This document shows positions 36,201 through 51,000 of a stretch of 64,000 nt of DNA, in pieces. Every line of letters starts with the position of its first letter. Within the stretch, counting starts at the first letter, position 1. This DNA comes from Tubiluchus corallicola (Eukaryota > Animalia > Priapulida). The position numbers were made by a program, and so were the translations under genes. The stretch is taken from contig JAQGDQ010000131.1 of assembly GCA_030141605.1 (NCBI GenBank), forward strand, positions 434,001-498,000, in the 5' to 3' direction. A model generated the notes under the pieces. The model ran no database searches. It had not been told where the DNA came from and saw nothing but the letters and a program-made list of their open reading frames with translations.

Positions 36201-39200
36201 GTGATTTTATACATGTTTTATCCATTTGCTAAGCAATATTCCTCAGGAAATACCAAAAAGGTTAATGCTGAAATATTGCACACCTTTCTCTTAGCATGGT
36301 ATTGTTTCGAATTGATTTTTTTCTATGTATTAGTATTGGTCTTAGTATTGTTGAAAATATTTCTCGCAAATTTTTATACTACTCTACATTAAAAATCTGT
36401 GAGGCAGAAAGACAAATTTTTCTGAAATTTAAAATGTCACATCCTGCACTATTAGCTTGTTCCTCTCGAGTTTCTCCTTCACATACGTATAGTAAATAGG
36501 GAAGGTTGAAGAACTTACTCTTGATCAGAACTGGTGCTGTATGTGAAATCTTTTTCAATAAACAAACTTCGACACTTTTCATCTATTGCAGCACAATTTT
36601 GCATGTAAATTTTGAGTAATATTCAAACTTTACCAATTCCTTTTTAAAGGACATCGCCAGGAAGCATCCGGAGACTTGGTTCGTCTTCCAGAAGATGAAG
36701 TATATGTATGATTGGGAAGAAAAGAAGCAGTTTTTTGCTGTTGAGTTTCCCATTGATTTATCAATGAAGGAGTACACTGACTGGAAGGGATATGTTGAGG
36801 AAACTAGTCTAGAAGCAGCTAAACGAAAATATGGAGACAATAAGTACGTAATTTGGCTTTTTTGTAAAATTGTAGTTTTCAAGCAGGATTCATGACACAT
36901 AAAACCACAATTCTATGAATATTTCATAATGCATTGACTCATTCAAGTATTAATGCAAGTCACTGTCATCACTAATAGTACTGCTAATATCATTGATTGG
37001 CTAGACTTTGTGTTTGTGTAAGTTTAAGGTGTTACTGTTTTAAAGTGTTAGTGTAAGAGCTGCTATTCTGTTAACGGATCTGTTCTTCGGGGGCCTTAAT
37101 TTGAGCTCATATTTTAGCTCAGTTTAAAGCAGGTGTTACATCGAATGCTGATAAATCTGTTAACAGATGTAGTCGTTTTTTACCCAAAGCCACTTTTCAA
37201 GAAATCCAGTGAATAATGGAACTTGGATAAAGTAGGCAGACTTAATGGAAAACAAAGTTAACGGAAAACAAGATAATTTTTCATATCCTTCCCCATTTTG
37301 AAGTATGGTAAAAAAAAGTATACATTTTAACACCAATTATACTGTAAAAACATGTTAATTTGATAATTAAATAATATATTAAAGCTTAGTAATAGCGGGG
37401 AGCTATTGATAGCATCACAAATGAACATGATTTTCAACAGCAAAAACATTCCATGAGCGTGTTACATGTGTTTGCAAAGCAAAAATGGAAAGACATTGCT
37501 ACTGTACGAGATACAATGTGTTATGCTAAAACTCGGCACCTTTTAAGATAATTCGTATTTCAAATTTATGACTGCACTTATGCATGAGCTCTCGTACGTG
37601 TGCACTACCTCACAAGCAAGCATCTCTGAACTGAAAGAAACAGCACCCGCTTTTTGTGCAACACGTTTCCGAAACGCAGGTATTAGTGCTTATCTGACTA
37701 ACGATGCATGTAACAGCGAAGAACTAGCCGCGCGAACGCGAAATTGCATCTATGTGGTAATAATTCTTTCACATGAATCATTTTTGAAAAAAAAATACAT
37801 TCCTTTTCAATATTTTATAGAGTAGATTGTTTTGACCTACAGTTTTAATTTGGGTCCGGTTTTCCTTTAACAGATTTGCCTTTGCTTAAGTTGAATACAT
37901 AGATTTGTTAAAAAGCCTTTTATAGGATGTAACAGAAGCTGTTGTGCTCGAAGCATTGTAAAACAATTAACTGGGATGCTTTTGATCAGGATCAAGACAA
38001 AAAGAATAAACTTTTCTATCTGTTACAGAATGGAGATGGTAGTTCCCGACTTTACCGAGCTTTTCAAAGAGCGTGCAACGGCTCCTTTTTTTGTTTTCCA
38101 AGTTTTCTGTGTTGGTTTGTGGTGTCTGGATGAGTACTGGTATTACTCTTTATTCACACTGTTCATGTTAATCGCATTTGAAGCTACTTTGGTTCAACAA
38201 CAGTTGCACAACATGAAAGAAATACGCAACATGAGCAACAAGCCTTACAACATTCAAGTAAGTTAATTAATTAATTTTCAGTTTTTAAATCTGTAAGCAT
38301 TTAACTAATTACTTTAGTTATGTATAAAGGCAGGTTAACAAAGAGTAAAATTTAGAATTGAGAATTAATAAGAGTTTTAGCGTAAGAAGTTAGTCTTTCA
38401 TCTAAGCTGATTTTTTTAAGCATGTTTCAAACAAATAAATGGATTTATGACTAATTAGTGGATAATAATTCTACAGTATGTGTCCTGTTGTTACAAAGTG
38501 GTTGTAGCTTTTTCTTATAATTTTGATTAACTATAATATCGCTGTTTATAGAACTTAGATTAAACACATGGTTTTAAGTTTAATTTTTCAACAAGTTGCA
38601 TCTTTTCAATGTTGTCTTTTTCTCCTTTAAACAATTAAATGTTACGTTTAACAGTCAGATCACAGTTATTCAAGCTTATTAAATTTTTCCTCATCCATTT
38701 TGTTGTTTTCTTGCTTGCTAGTTTGCATGTTTCCTTATCAATTTAGGTATATAGAAACAAAAGGTGGCGTCCTATCATGAGCAATGAGCTTATTGCTGGT
38801 GACATTGTTTCTGTTGGTAAGTATGAAATGTTGTTATACTTTTGAGTATTTTTATAGCCTTAATTGTGAAATTTGCGTAATTCTTGACTAAATGCACAGA
38901 TACATGTTATGCTTACTTAGTGGTATGAACTATTTCTTATATGTGTTTCACTTACCATTGCATTTTGTGTTTTCAAGTGTGATTCTTATGATATTGAAAC
39001 ATACAGTTGGACAATTGAGCAAGTGAATAGAACATTTTAAATTATTGTTTATTAACTAGTACCAAATGTTTATTATCTTATGTACAGTAAAGTCTTTTAA
39101 AACCTAGTAACATTGCCTGATTTCTGTTTCAGGTCGCTCTCATAATGAAAACCTGATACCTTGTGATATGCTTCTTATTAGAGGTCCCTGCATAGTAGAT

Positions 39201-41930
39201 GAATCCATGTTAACAGGAGAATCTGTGCCGCAGATGAAGGTATGGTCAATGTAATTCTTTTGTAATTTTTCAGGAGCTGTTAAGGAATTTTTTTCCATTG
39301 ACAAACCATTTGGCATCATAATGTTAGAAATATTTTTGATAAATTTAGGTGATTTATAAAAAAGTTCTTTTCTGAACGTTGTATTTTGCTAGATTTTTCC
39401 ACTGTCATTATATTTGCTTCATGGAAAATATGCATTAAAGTCTTTTGTGTGTCAAGTGTTAACATTATTATTATTATTATTATTTTTTTTTGTTTTGTTC
39501 ACTTATTGTTTGATAAAACTCTGTAACAGTCAAGCACTACAATGTCAGTTTTCGCTAAACTGACTTGTTGAATTTTTTTCATTTTGTTTGCAAATTAACG
39601 ATTTTTGGCAAAAAGCTTCATTGAATACAAAATAGCTGCTTAGTCTACATTAGAACATATCAAACATATATGTTTGTCCAAGAAACATGCATGTTTTTCA
39701 CTTCACAATTTAATTGTATTACATAATATGATATTTGCTTAGGAAGCAGTTGAAACCCTAGAGATGTCGCGAGTGCTAGATTTGGACTGTGATTCTCGAC
39801 TCCATGTTTTATTTGCTGGAACAAAGGTAGTTCAACATACACCACCCTCAAAAACTGCTCCCGGTATCAAAGGTAGCTAAGTATTTTTTGCACATTACAT
39901 GTATCAAATTATATATTTGTTACGTTTATTCGCATTTACATGCTCAATTAGTTAATGTGTCATAATGTGCAACAAACTTATTTGCTCTGTCAGTCAGTTT
40001 CGAAAACTGTTTAGAGCAGTCTATATTGTGATAATGTTTTCTGATTTTTCTGATGAATCTGTCCTTACATAACTAATCTGCACAGAGGTTTCAGGTATGT
40101 TATACATATGCACCTAAATTAAGCCATTATGATTGCTGCCTTACATATGTTCAATTTGGCAGTGTAATGTTAATTTGTAAAATCACCTTGCATTTAAATT
40201 CTAATGACAACATCTTTAAATCTAAGTAACTGTATTTTGTTTTCCTTTAATCAGTTGTTGCCAATAATGAATCTGTGCAATCATGGCAAAAGTTAACACG
40301 TCTGATTGCTCTATGGTTCCCGAATGAACGCAGTTGTTGTTTTAGAGAAACACAGCATTTTTAAGTCAGGCTAATTTAGCCATCCTCATAATTTATAGAT
40401 TTTTTTATATTTTTTCAGCTCCTGATAATGGTTGCGTAGCGTATGTCCTGCGCACAAGTTTCAACACATCGCAGGGCAAGTTGCTGCGTACTATCATGTT
40501 TGGTGTAAAGCAAGTGACTGCCAATAATCTTGAGACGTTCTGCTTTATTTTGTTCCTGTTGATCTTTGCTATAGCTGCAGCCAGCTATGTTTGGATTGAA
40601 GGTATGTTTCAGGTGGTGTGTTCATTTTTTCTTCAGAGATTGAGTTTTCTATCTAGAACTGATAAAGTTATGAATTAGAAAAAGTAGGATGAACTAATAA
40701 TGAACTAGTAAACTTCCTCAGTTGTGGTCTGGGAGTGAGTGATGGACTCTATTGCATTTTTTACATTTTTGAGATTTTCGAGCCTTTTGCCAACCGAGCC
40801 ATCCTAAATTCAAATGATTTATATGAATTTTGTAATTGTGTAAAATAATTATCGTCTACTTGATTATTCTTTAAATTTTTTTTATTACCTTTGCCAAGTA
40901 GATTACATTTTCTTTGCCATTGCTTTAATAAGCAGTTCAGTAGTTAGCAAAATTATGCAAAGACTTTCTAGAATGATGGGGCTAGGGGCAAGAAAGAATG
41001 ATTTCAGTCTTTTATAGCAAAATTTCATGAGCCGTCGCAATAGAGCATCGCAGAAAAATTACAAAAACAAGTGGTGAGGGTCGCACGTATGATGTCAGAA
41101 CAATTGATGACGTCGTAAACTAAGCACCTGTGTAGTTTGCTAAGCAGGTCTTGGGGAGGTCTACGCTCTACTGAATGCCACTCTAGACTGTTTAATGAAA
41201 TACAGCTAATTTAATTGAAGTAAATTCATTTCAGAAGCTTTCAGTTTTGAGAAGGCCTCTTATGGCTGGTATTGTTTGTTTTGTGCCCATGCAATTTTTG
41301 CCTTGGCTACCACATAATTAGATATATAACTCAAGCTTAGTTTTTGTTGCTTAGAAAGAGCCGGTGTTTCCAGTTGTACCTTCATGCTTTCTGACGTTTT
41401 GTCTAAATTTGGTTTTGTTTGCATTGAAAGGCAAGACATTAAATTGTTTTGGCTATTGCCTCAAATTTGGTTTTTTGGAAACTCCACTTCTCCATTCATT
41501 AATTAAATTATATTTTTGCTATCAATTTTAATTTTTTTACGTAGGTTTCCCTTTGCTATTTTTTCTTATTTGCACTTGGAAATTGTGTTGTAATTAATAA
41601 AGTTAAGTTTGCCAATTATCAGGCCAAAATAGGGTGCATTTCCCCAATGCTTGAATGAATTGTTGAAAAAGTGCTTATCAGTTTAGTCGGTAGCAGTGTT
41701 ATCGGCATTCCAGTGCGACCTAGGTAATCCAAGAGGCTTGGCAACTCGGGTCCATTTATTTTTGGTATTTTTGTTCCAATATTGTGCATCTGTCACAGTC
41801 ATTACGTTCTTGAGAAGGCAAATGAATCATGTTTAAATACTGTGTTTGGACAGAAAAGGAATGCAGAATACATACAGAAAACTTATTATTTACTATTATT
41901 ATTATAATTATTATTTATTATTATTATTAC

Positions 41931-42026
<96 letters not shown>

Positions 42027-45000
42027 TATTAGTGGCTGATTCTGAGCTAAATGTAAGTTACTGTTTTGAATAAGGTCGAGCTTAATGAAACAATTTTTGC
42101 TTTAGATAAATAATTAATTGACTGATTGTTTGAGTATGTGAGTATTTACTAGCAAATTTACTACTCATAAAATTTAGTTAGCAATGTAATTTAAACTTCT
42201 AAAAGTTGCATTGTTAATTGTTTCTCACAGTGTGTCACAGATATTTATTTTTTCCATAAAATATGAAAGATATTTTTGACTTAAGTCGCATTGCAGCCAT
42301 TTTAATTTATTAATATTCTTCTATATTCAGCTGTTTTTTCTTGCTATAGGTGGCAAGGATCCAAACAGAAATCGCTACAAACTATTTCTGGAATGTACAC
42401 TCATTCTGACATCGGTCGTGCCACCAGAATTACCAATAGAACTGTCACTGGCTGTCAACACATCGTTACTAGCTTTGACCAAGCTGGGTAAATCAATATT
42501 TATTAACACGCAGTGTACTCTGACAAAATGTTTAAGAAATATATGATTTTGGAAGACAAATTTCAAAAATTTAGACAACTTTCAGTTCTCTAGATGAGAT
42601 AATAAAATAGTAGGTCTGTCTGTGCTGCACTTAAATGTATATACCTAGAGGCAGTCTGGCATATGAAATCTCACAGAAGCGTTTAAACTAGGCCTAGTAT
42701 TGCCTAACTTAGGTTTGCTAAATACACACATTAAGGCTACCATAGCACCCTCCTAATGGATTTTTGCGTGAATTTTTGTATTACCTTCTGTTATTTTATG
42801 AATCGATTACATTTTAGGTGTTTATTGCACTGAACCATTTCGAATACCATTTGCGGGGAAGCTCGAAATCTGCTGCTTCGACAAAACGGGAACGTTGACC
42901 AGTGACAATCTGATTGTAGAGGGCGTAGCAGGACTGGCGTAAGTGCTAGTAGCTCAGTGAATAGTCTTTTGCAAAGCACCCTTAATAAAATGCTTCTTAG
43001 ACGTATAGCAGTTTACACGATAAATTTCCGAGTCTATTCGTTTGGTGATGAGTGTAGGCGCCACAGTTGTAAAAAGACCCATGTTTGGTTTGAAGACCGA
43101 GGCTAAGAGCTAAATTGATCAGGCTTTGCAGTTTATTTTTCTGATAAGTACCAAAGTTATCAGCCATAGTAAATTAACTTTGCCTTAAAAGAGCTTGGAC
43201 TATGTTTTCCTTGTTGACAAAACCGCAGCCAGTAGCTTATAAATATAGCTGTTTCTAGGCCTGAGTAACTTACATTATATTGTGGCATAAACATTAGCAT
43301 GAATGATTGGCATCAACAGATTGAACAGAGAATATTGGTGTGAGTCACATTGAAGAAATAAAATGTTTTGTGCTTGTAGTGGTAAGCCAAAGGTTTGCCC
43401 TGTTGCCGAGCTGCCTGGGGAGACAGTGCAAGTGTTGGCTACTTGTCACTCTTTGGCTCAGCTAGAAGATGGCTTGGTAGGAGATCCTTTGGAAAAAGCT
43501 ACGCTTACTGCCATTGATTGGAACCTGAGTAAAGGTACGAATAGACACTAGGAGAAAGCAGCATTTTGCTAGCTTTTCACATGAATTCATGACAGCATGA
43601 AAACATGTTATTTTATCCATTTTTTTATTTGATTTGATTTTGTTTTGTTTTATTTTTTGTTTTAATTTTACTTCATTTTGTTTTCATTTATTCTTGATAA
43701 GTCACTTCTGTTATGTGTTTTCTACAAGATTTGTTTATGCTTCCTATAGATAGATGATGTTGCAACTTTCTTTGTTTATCATGAATCATACATGACACTT
43801 TTCACAGACTAAAAAGTGTTAGCCTGCTGGGTTTTTTTTGGTTTTTCGCTTTGTTTAAAAAACTCTGCATTTTTTCTCTGACGTACAGATTTTTCTGTAA
43901 ATTTTTTAGTACACAAACTGATCCTGGTTAAGATAAATAAAGAAGCATTTTTGCAAAATCAGAAAACAGTTGATTTCTATTTTATTTTTGATATATCACA
44001 GTACTAGTCTGTGTAAAGTAGATCTTTATGATTGCTTCAATTTGTTCTATTTTTTTTGCAAAAAAACATGGTCTTAGCTGAATTATTCTCTAATTGCTGG
44101 CAGTAAATGTGTTAACATGTTTGGAAGTACTCAGTAAGATGGTACATTGCTTTGTAAACCAACTGCCTTTATAATTCTTAATTCAATAGTATTTTATCAG
44201 CTTATATTCAGTTGTGGTGCACAGCTTTGAAAGAGCAGTTTTTAACATTTCCAAAAGAGTAGTCTCTTATTTTACATGTTGTTCGTTGGGGCCTAATTAT
44301 TATAAGAAAATTTTGTCTAATTTTGACTTATTCCTTTGGTATAAAACTAAAATTGTACTCTATTTTTATGTTTTTTAGTATCTACAGCTCAGATTGTTTT
44401 TTTTTGTAAAATGTTAAGTTTGCTAAGAATCCTGATCTAAAAAGCATTTTTGATTTTTACAAAAAAGTGCGCAACTGCTGAACATTGGAGTGAGTGCACC
44501 TATTGTGATTAGGTAAGCTAGAACTTGATGCTCTTGACAGCCCTGCAATTTTTGGTGTTTTAAAAACAAATCTTTGTCTTTAATTAGGTGACTCTGTGCA
44601 TCCTAGAAAAGGTAAAGGCATCGGCATGAAGATATTTCATCGCAATCATTTTTCTAGTGCACTTAAGAGAATGTCTGTGATTGCTGGGTATACAGCACCT
44701 GGTACAACAGAGACTATGTACATTACTACGTTGAAGGGGGCGCCGGAAATTATGCAATCAATGGTTTGTAGTCTGATGTTCTGCTAGTATTAAAAGTGTC
44801 ATTCTATGATAAAATGTTGGTAGTGTTGCATTTATTGTTGAATTTACTGCTATTTTTGACATTGCAGTCTGGAATCTTGCTTCTAAAGTGTTTGCTGATG
44901 TTGATACTTAAGGCAAGACATGAGGGATCAATCCCTAAGATGTCAGATAGTAAGCAAGTAGATATGTTAAGTTTCTTGATCAACTAAAATAACTTGATTT

Positions 45001-48000
45001 CATTTGTAGTTTAGCCATCTTCCGGAAGACTACGATAGTGTATATTTGGAAATGTCACGTCAAGGAGCACGTGTTCTCGCCCTTGGTTACCGAAAGCTTG
45101 GCACATTATCACATCAGCAGGTAAGTTTTGCTTTTTTGAAACTGTAGTACTTGATACCCATGCATTAAACATATCACTATCATAACATTGTTATTTTTAT
45201 TTGAAATCTTTTATGTGCAAGATTACATTCAGTAGTGCTTCGGTAGTTGTTTCGCTTTGTTATGTAAAGTTATGAAGTATTTAACACAGATTGTGATCTA
45301 CTTTTGTATAACCCAGATTTTGTTGAATAAATCAAGAACCTTGAAGTTTTTGTGCGGACTTCGCAAGTTCGAAATGGGATATAGGAATTGCAAATTTGAT
45401 TTTTATTAAGTATAATATCAACTATGTCATTTAAAAGGTGAGAATGCTCTTGTGGGGTAACAGTATTAAACCTTTAGAGATACAGAATCAGTGATTCTCT
45501 AGAATATTAATTGTATTAGATTGAATTCTTGCTTTTTACAAGTTTTTGTTAATATATATTTAACTGTAATCAAATGTATTTCATAGGAAGCTGTTTTATG
45601 TCAATAAATCGTACTGATTTTTGCCTTTAATTTTTTTGTTTTAAGCGTGATAAAAATGATAGCCATACAGTTTGTTTTACTGTAAAATAGTGAGAGTTTG
45701 TTTTTCTAAAACTAAACTCGAAATTATTTTAAGGGAATAATGTAATAAATGTAGCTGTTTAAGTTGATAACAATTGGTTCTTTGGTGTTCTAAATTGTGC
45801 AGTGTATTACTCGTGCACAGTGGTATGATACACAAACTATACATTTTTAAAATACAGTTGTTAAAGTGGAGAAAACCTTGTTCATTTTCTTGTTGGTGTA
45901 ACATGTCTTTCTAGGTACGTGAATTGAGCCGAGAAGATCTGGAACATGATCTGGAGTTTGTTGGCTTTGTTATTATTTCTTGTCCGTTAAAGAGTGATTC
46001 TAAAGCAGTTATCAAAGAGATTCAGCACTCATCACATCATGTACGTTTTACAGTCTGAGATGTCTATATGTGAAGTGATGTCCCTGCATTTCCTTTGTAT
46101 GCCTAGTAGCTTTCCATTAATTGTCTAACTTAGTATGCATGCTGTATGGTCACACTGTCATTTTAATTACACTGTTATTACGTCTAGTATTACTGGAACC
46201 TCTATTTCAATTTTATGTGATTGATAAGACCGAACTATGACAACATGTTAATAGCTAATATTTTGCAATTATTTTAAATATTAGCGATTTTGGTACGTTT
46301 TATCTTTTTGTGCAGCCTATCAAAACAAAATTTACATCAGTTTCATTGATATCTATACTCTAATATAGTTGTAGTAAGTTATATTGACGATCATTTTTAT
46401 AACATCAATTTCAGGTGGTAATGATAACAGGAGACAATCCTCTCACTGCTTGTCACGTTGCACGAGAGCTGCATTTCACTAAGCAGTCGTCTACACTAAT
46501 TCTCACACCTGCAACTGAAAGTGGTAAATTTTTATTTGTATGATGGGAGAAAAGAATTTAACTGATTCCAATGTTGATCTTTTATAATTTTTCGGTATGT
46601 TTTGGCTTTTATTTGTAAACTTACAACAAAATAAGAAAAATAATGCATGATGATCATTTTTGTTTAACATATTAAACTGAACGTATGAATATGCTTTCAG
46701 GTAAGTATACACTTGAAAGGGTTTTGAGATCCAAAGATGTTTAGTTGTTTACATAAAACAAATAACAGATAAAGTATAAAGACTAATCTCCGCAAAGAAA
46801 CATTAGCGTGGTCCCCTACTAGTCAATCTGATACAGGTAGAGATCATATAGGGTGGAAGTAGGACAAGCAAACCGAAAGTAGGTTTTTACGCAGTTGCAT
46901 CTATGGTTTTAACAATTTATTTGCTACAATTTTGCTCAAATCTGTGTGGAATTATTAGGATTAATGTTGTACAGTATATATGCAAATTATAAACACTATC
47001 TTTATTTTCTTTTCTTTGTATTTCTAGAACCTGACTGGCACTGGTTATCAGTTGACGAGAGTATCGTTCTACCAGTGATTCCAGATGAGGGATATCGAGC
47101 TTTATGCAAAAATCATGATCTTTGTCTGACGGGAGAGGTAATCCAGAAAATGCTTTCACTTGAACACATATTAGCAGTGAAGAGACTGTTGCTACTTATT
47201 CAGCACTTAGTGTACTTAATTTAGGAATGATTACTAAGTCTAGAAATAAAATTAGTGAAAACAAGTTGAAAAACCATGCTGTAATGTCTTGCTTGATCGA
47301 ATTTGTTTTCTGATGTAATTTTTGCTGACTTTTATTGTTTAGGGCCTGACGTACTTGTCAGAAACGCACAGAAATTTCCTCAAGAAGATCATTCCATTTG
47401 TTCGGGTTTACGCTAGAGTAGCACCAACTCAAAAAGAAGGCATCATTACAAAGATGAAGGCATTGGGATTTGTCACACTAATGTGTGGTGATGGTACTAA
47501 TGACGTTGGAGCATTAAAGCATGCCCACTGTGGTACGTTACTAATTTTCTGGGAGCTTTTTTTTGTTTTTGACTCGAATTCTCATCAGCAAACTTGTTTG
47601 ATGGCAAAAATATGTTTCTATTCTGATATGATTGTTGTGGTCTACCACTAAGTCATTGCAAATATTTTGAAACATCAATGCGTGCATTTTCCATCTCAAG
47701 AAATAAAAGGCATAGTAATTGTCAGCTGCCTTTAATAATGCCATTAATTTTTTTGTCTAATTATTGGAATGCTTAATATTTTAGGTTTCTCACGTGAGGT
47801 TCTCTTGTAAAATGTTGTTGTTGTAAGTTTCCTCAACATCCTCGTCATTTTCATCATCATCGTCATCATCATCATCATCTAGCACCCATTACATCTATTA
47901 TAAACATTTGACAGGCAGAAATCTAAAATAAAAGGAAACTGCTCTCAAGACGAGTAAACATAGCAGTTAATCTAGAAAAACTAGGCACTGCTATGCTAGT

Positions 48001-51000
48001 GGCTTAACAGCACCACTTTCAAAAGTTTTCCAACAACATTGGGTAGCCAGGTAAAAACTAGTATTTTCTTACTCTCTTCGCAAGGCTTTTTGGTTTTTCT
48101 TATACCATCATATTGTTTTGATATTTGGTTGCACCATCTCTTATGATGATGATGTGTTTTTATAAATTACAGAAAAATCATAGTGCAAAACATGTGCATT
48201 TATGTATGAAATTATCATGTGTGCTGTCAAAGAGTTGTGATTGAATTTGTTTTTTATACCCTTGGGTGCACTGCAAGCTGAAATCCAGCATCAAAGACAG
48301 TGTCTACTCAACGAGATATTTGTGGCGTGACCATAGCCTAGTCAGTATCATGGATACACTTAGTCGCCTAGAACTTGAGCTGCAGTTGGTGGTGACCTTG
48401 TTTCCCCTGTGAAAAGTAGGAGTTTCAAAAGCAAACCCCTCGGGCTGGGCAAGTAATCAAATGTTTAGCTTCTAGAAACAACGATGTTAACCGATGGGGG
48501 AGCGGGTGACAGATTCAAAGCAAAACCGTTGTTATAGCATATTAGTGTTTGATAAACATACCTGTTTACAAACAAAGCTGTACTTAACATGCATTACAAT
48601 GCATTATACATTATTACTTGTATACATTTGAATTGGGGTAGCCCATGCCAAGCGTTTTTGAGTCAATGGAGCAACTGATTCTATTAACCATGAGTCTAAT
48701 AAATGGTGCCTACTGTAGTATGAGGTAAGCAGCCAAAGTCTACAAGCGATAACACCTGCTGAAACGAGTTGGCATCAAACCCAGATCATTCCACTTGCAC
48801 GAAAGCATTCCTATCCACTCAGTAGCCACAAAATTTTGCCACACCTTTATGTATAAGGTTGATGTTCAGGAGTTTATGTTGGACAGCTCTATAATATTAA
48901 GCAAAAATTAAGCTCATAGACTCAGATTCTTATCTTTATGTGAAATGTTTTATTTAGGTGTAGCGTTGATATCACACGCTCCTGAGAAACTCCCTGCAAA
49001 GGTTCAAAAGCCAAAAGAAGATGGCGCTAATGCTACGACTTCCAGTGAGCAAACGGGAAGTGATCGAATTGCCCAGCTGGCAGCTAAGGGAAAGCTGGGA
49101 AACAGACAGCAGTTGCGCAACAGGCAACCACTGACTCGGGAAGAGAAATCAGCTGAAATGCAGGTTTGTATTAAAGGGGCATTAGCTGATAATGCTACAT
49201 CTGCTTGTCTAAAGATGTCGTTGTATAATGTTTTCGCATCTACTAAAATTATTATTGAATTAACAGAAGCTGGTGTACTTTTAGGAGGACTTCGTTTGGT
49301 CAGTATCTTTGGTAGAGACTTATAAGAATTATCATTAGAATGCATTTCTTTGAAAATTATCAGAGGTGGTTTCACATTTGTAAGTTGCTTTTGAAAAATC
49401 TTGTCTTGCTGTAGAAGCAAGATACGGGGTAACATTCTAAAAAGTTGTGATGCAGACATATTATTACTTTATGGAATGATTCATTGCTGTCTTACTCTTT
49501 ATAGACATATTCTATATTTCAAGTTAACTAAAACCTGCTTGATTAAAAAGAAATCAAATTCTGTGTAACTTCTGAGACCTGCAGAATTAAAAATAAAATA
49601 TAAAAATATCTTTAATTTTTAGTTTATATTAACTACCTCTTTATTTTTATTATGGATGCACAACACCACTCATGAATGTCTGTAGATTAGTTTATTTAAT
49701 TACTGAATCAGATTGGAAACTAAATATCGATCTTGTTTTACAGAGAAAACTTAATGCAATGATGAAAGAACTTGAAGAACAAGAACAAGCACAGATAGTT
49801 AAACTGGGTGATGCCAGTATAGCTGCTCCGTTTACATCAAAATTGTCATCCGTACAATGTAGTGAGTACCTAGCACCTCATTCTTTCATTATCTGTTCAA
49901 GACAGCATTACTTGTACAGTGAAGTGTCTAAATTGTAATGTGAAGATTTTAGTCATTACAACATTGTCTCTGTAACATGTTACACTATTTGTGCAGAAAA
50001 ACAGTTTTCTGCACAAGGAACTTTCAACAAACACAAGGGAACTTTCTTTTCAAAATTAATCTTTCACCTTGTATTATACCTGAATTAAACACTGTTTTTT
50101 TGAAACACTATTTTCTTTTGTTCAACTACATAAAACAGTTTTTGTTGGAAAAACCGATCATAAAAGAAACTATCTTTTAATACAGACAATTAACAAAGAC
50201 TTTATCAACTGATATGTATTTTTATTTATGGCTCCACAAATAGTTTTTTTTTTAATTGCAAGAACTTTCTGTTGATCATGATATTGGGCTTGTAATCCAA
50301 AAATTCATGGGTTCAAATCCATACTCAGTACTGACTTAACATTTTTTGTCTTGGCCAAATTTTGTTTTACTAATTAAGATTTCATTTTTTTGTTATTTCT
50401 TCTCCAACTCTTTTTCTGTTTCAGTATGTCACATTATCAAACAAGGTCGTTGTACCCTGGTCACAACACTGCAGATGTTTAAAATACTTGCACTGAATGC
50501 ACTGATCTTGGCCTATAGTCAGTCAGTGCTGTACCTCGACGGAATTAAATTCTCTGATGCTCAGGCCACAATGCAAGGTCTTCTGCTTGCTGGATGCTTT
50601 CTGTTTATTTCACGTTCAAAGGTAAACACCATTGCTTAAGATTTGATGTACATTAAGCTAGCGAGCTGTTAAGTATTTGTTCACAACTGAAGAAGTTTGT
50701 GAAATGGATTTCTAACTTCAGTTATTCCAACAGGGTTTTTAAAAGCTTGTTTTTTAATCACTTTTATCTTTTTTTATTAGATTTGACAATTCAACATGTT
50801 GGGACCCATAGGCGGGACAAAGTTATAAACATGTATTAGTTGCTAACCAGACTATTTTATGCTTTCTTTAACTGAGTTATTATATCAATTACTAGCACTT
50901 TTGATTTTACTGTTTGTCTGTCTTTCAGCCATTAAAAACATTGTCCAGGAGTAGACCATTGCCAAACATATTTAACATTTACACAATTACCACTGTTATG

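Noticed and set aside
49004-49459. 151-aa minus-strand ORF
   Set aside because: Antisense shadow of ATP13A1 exon 18 with no independent coding signal.
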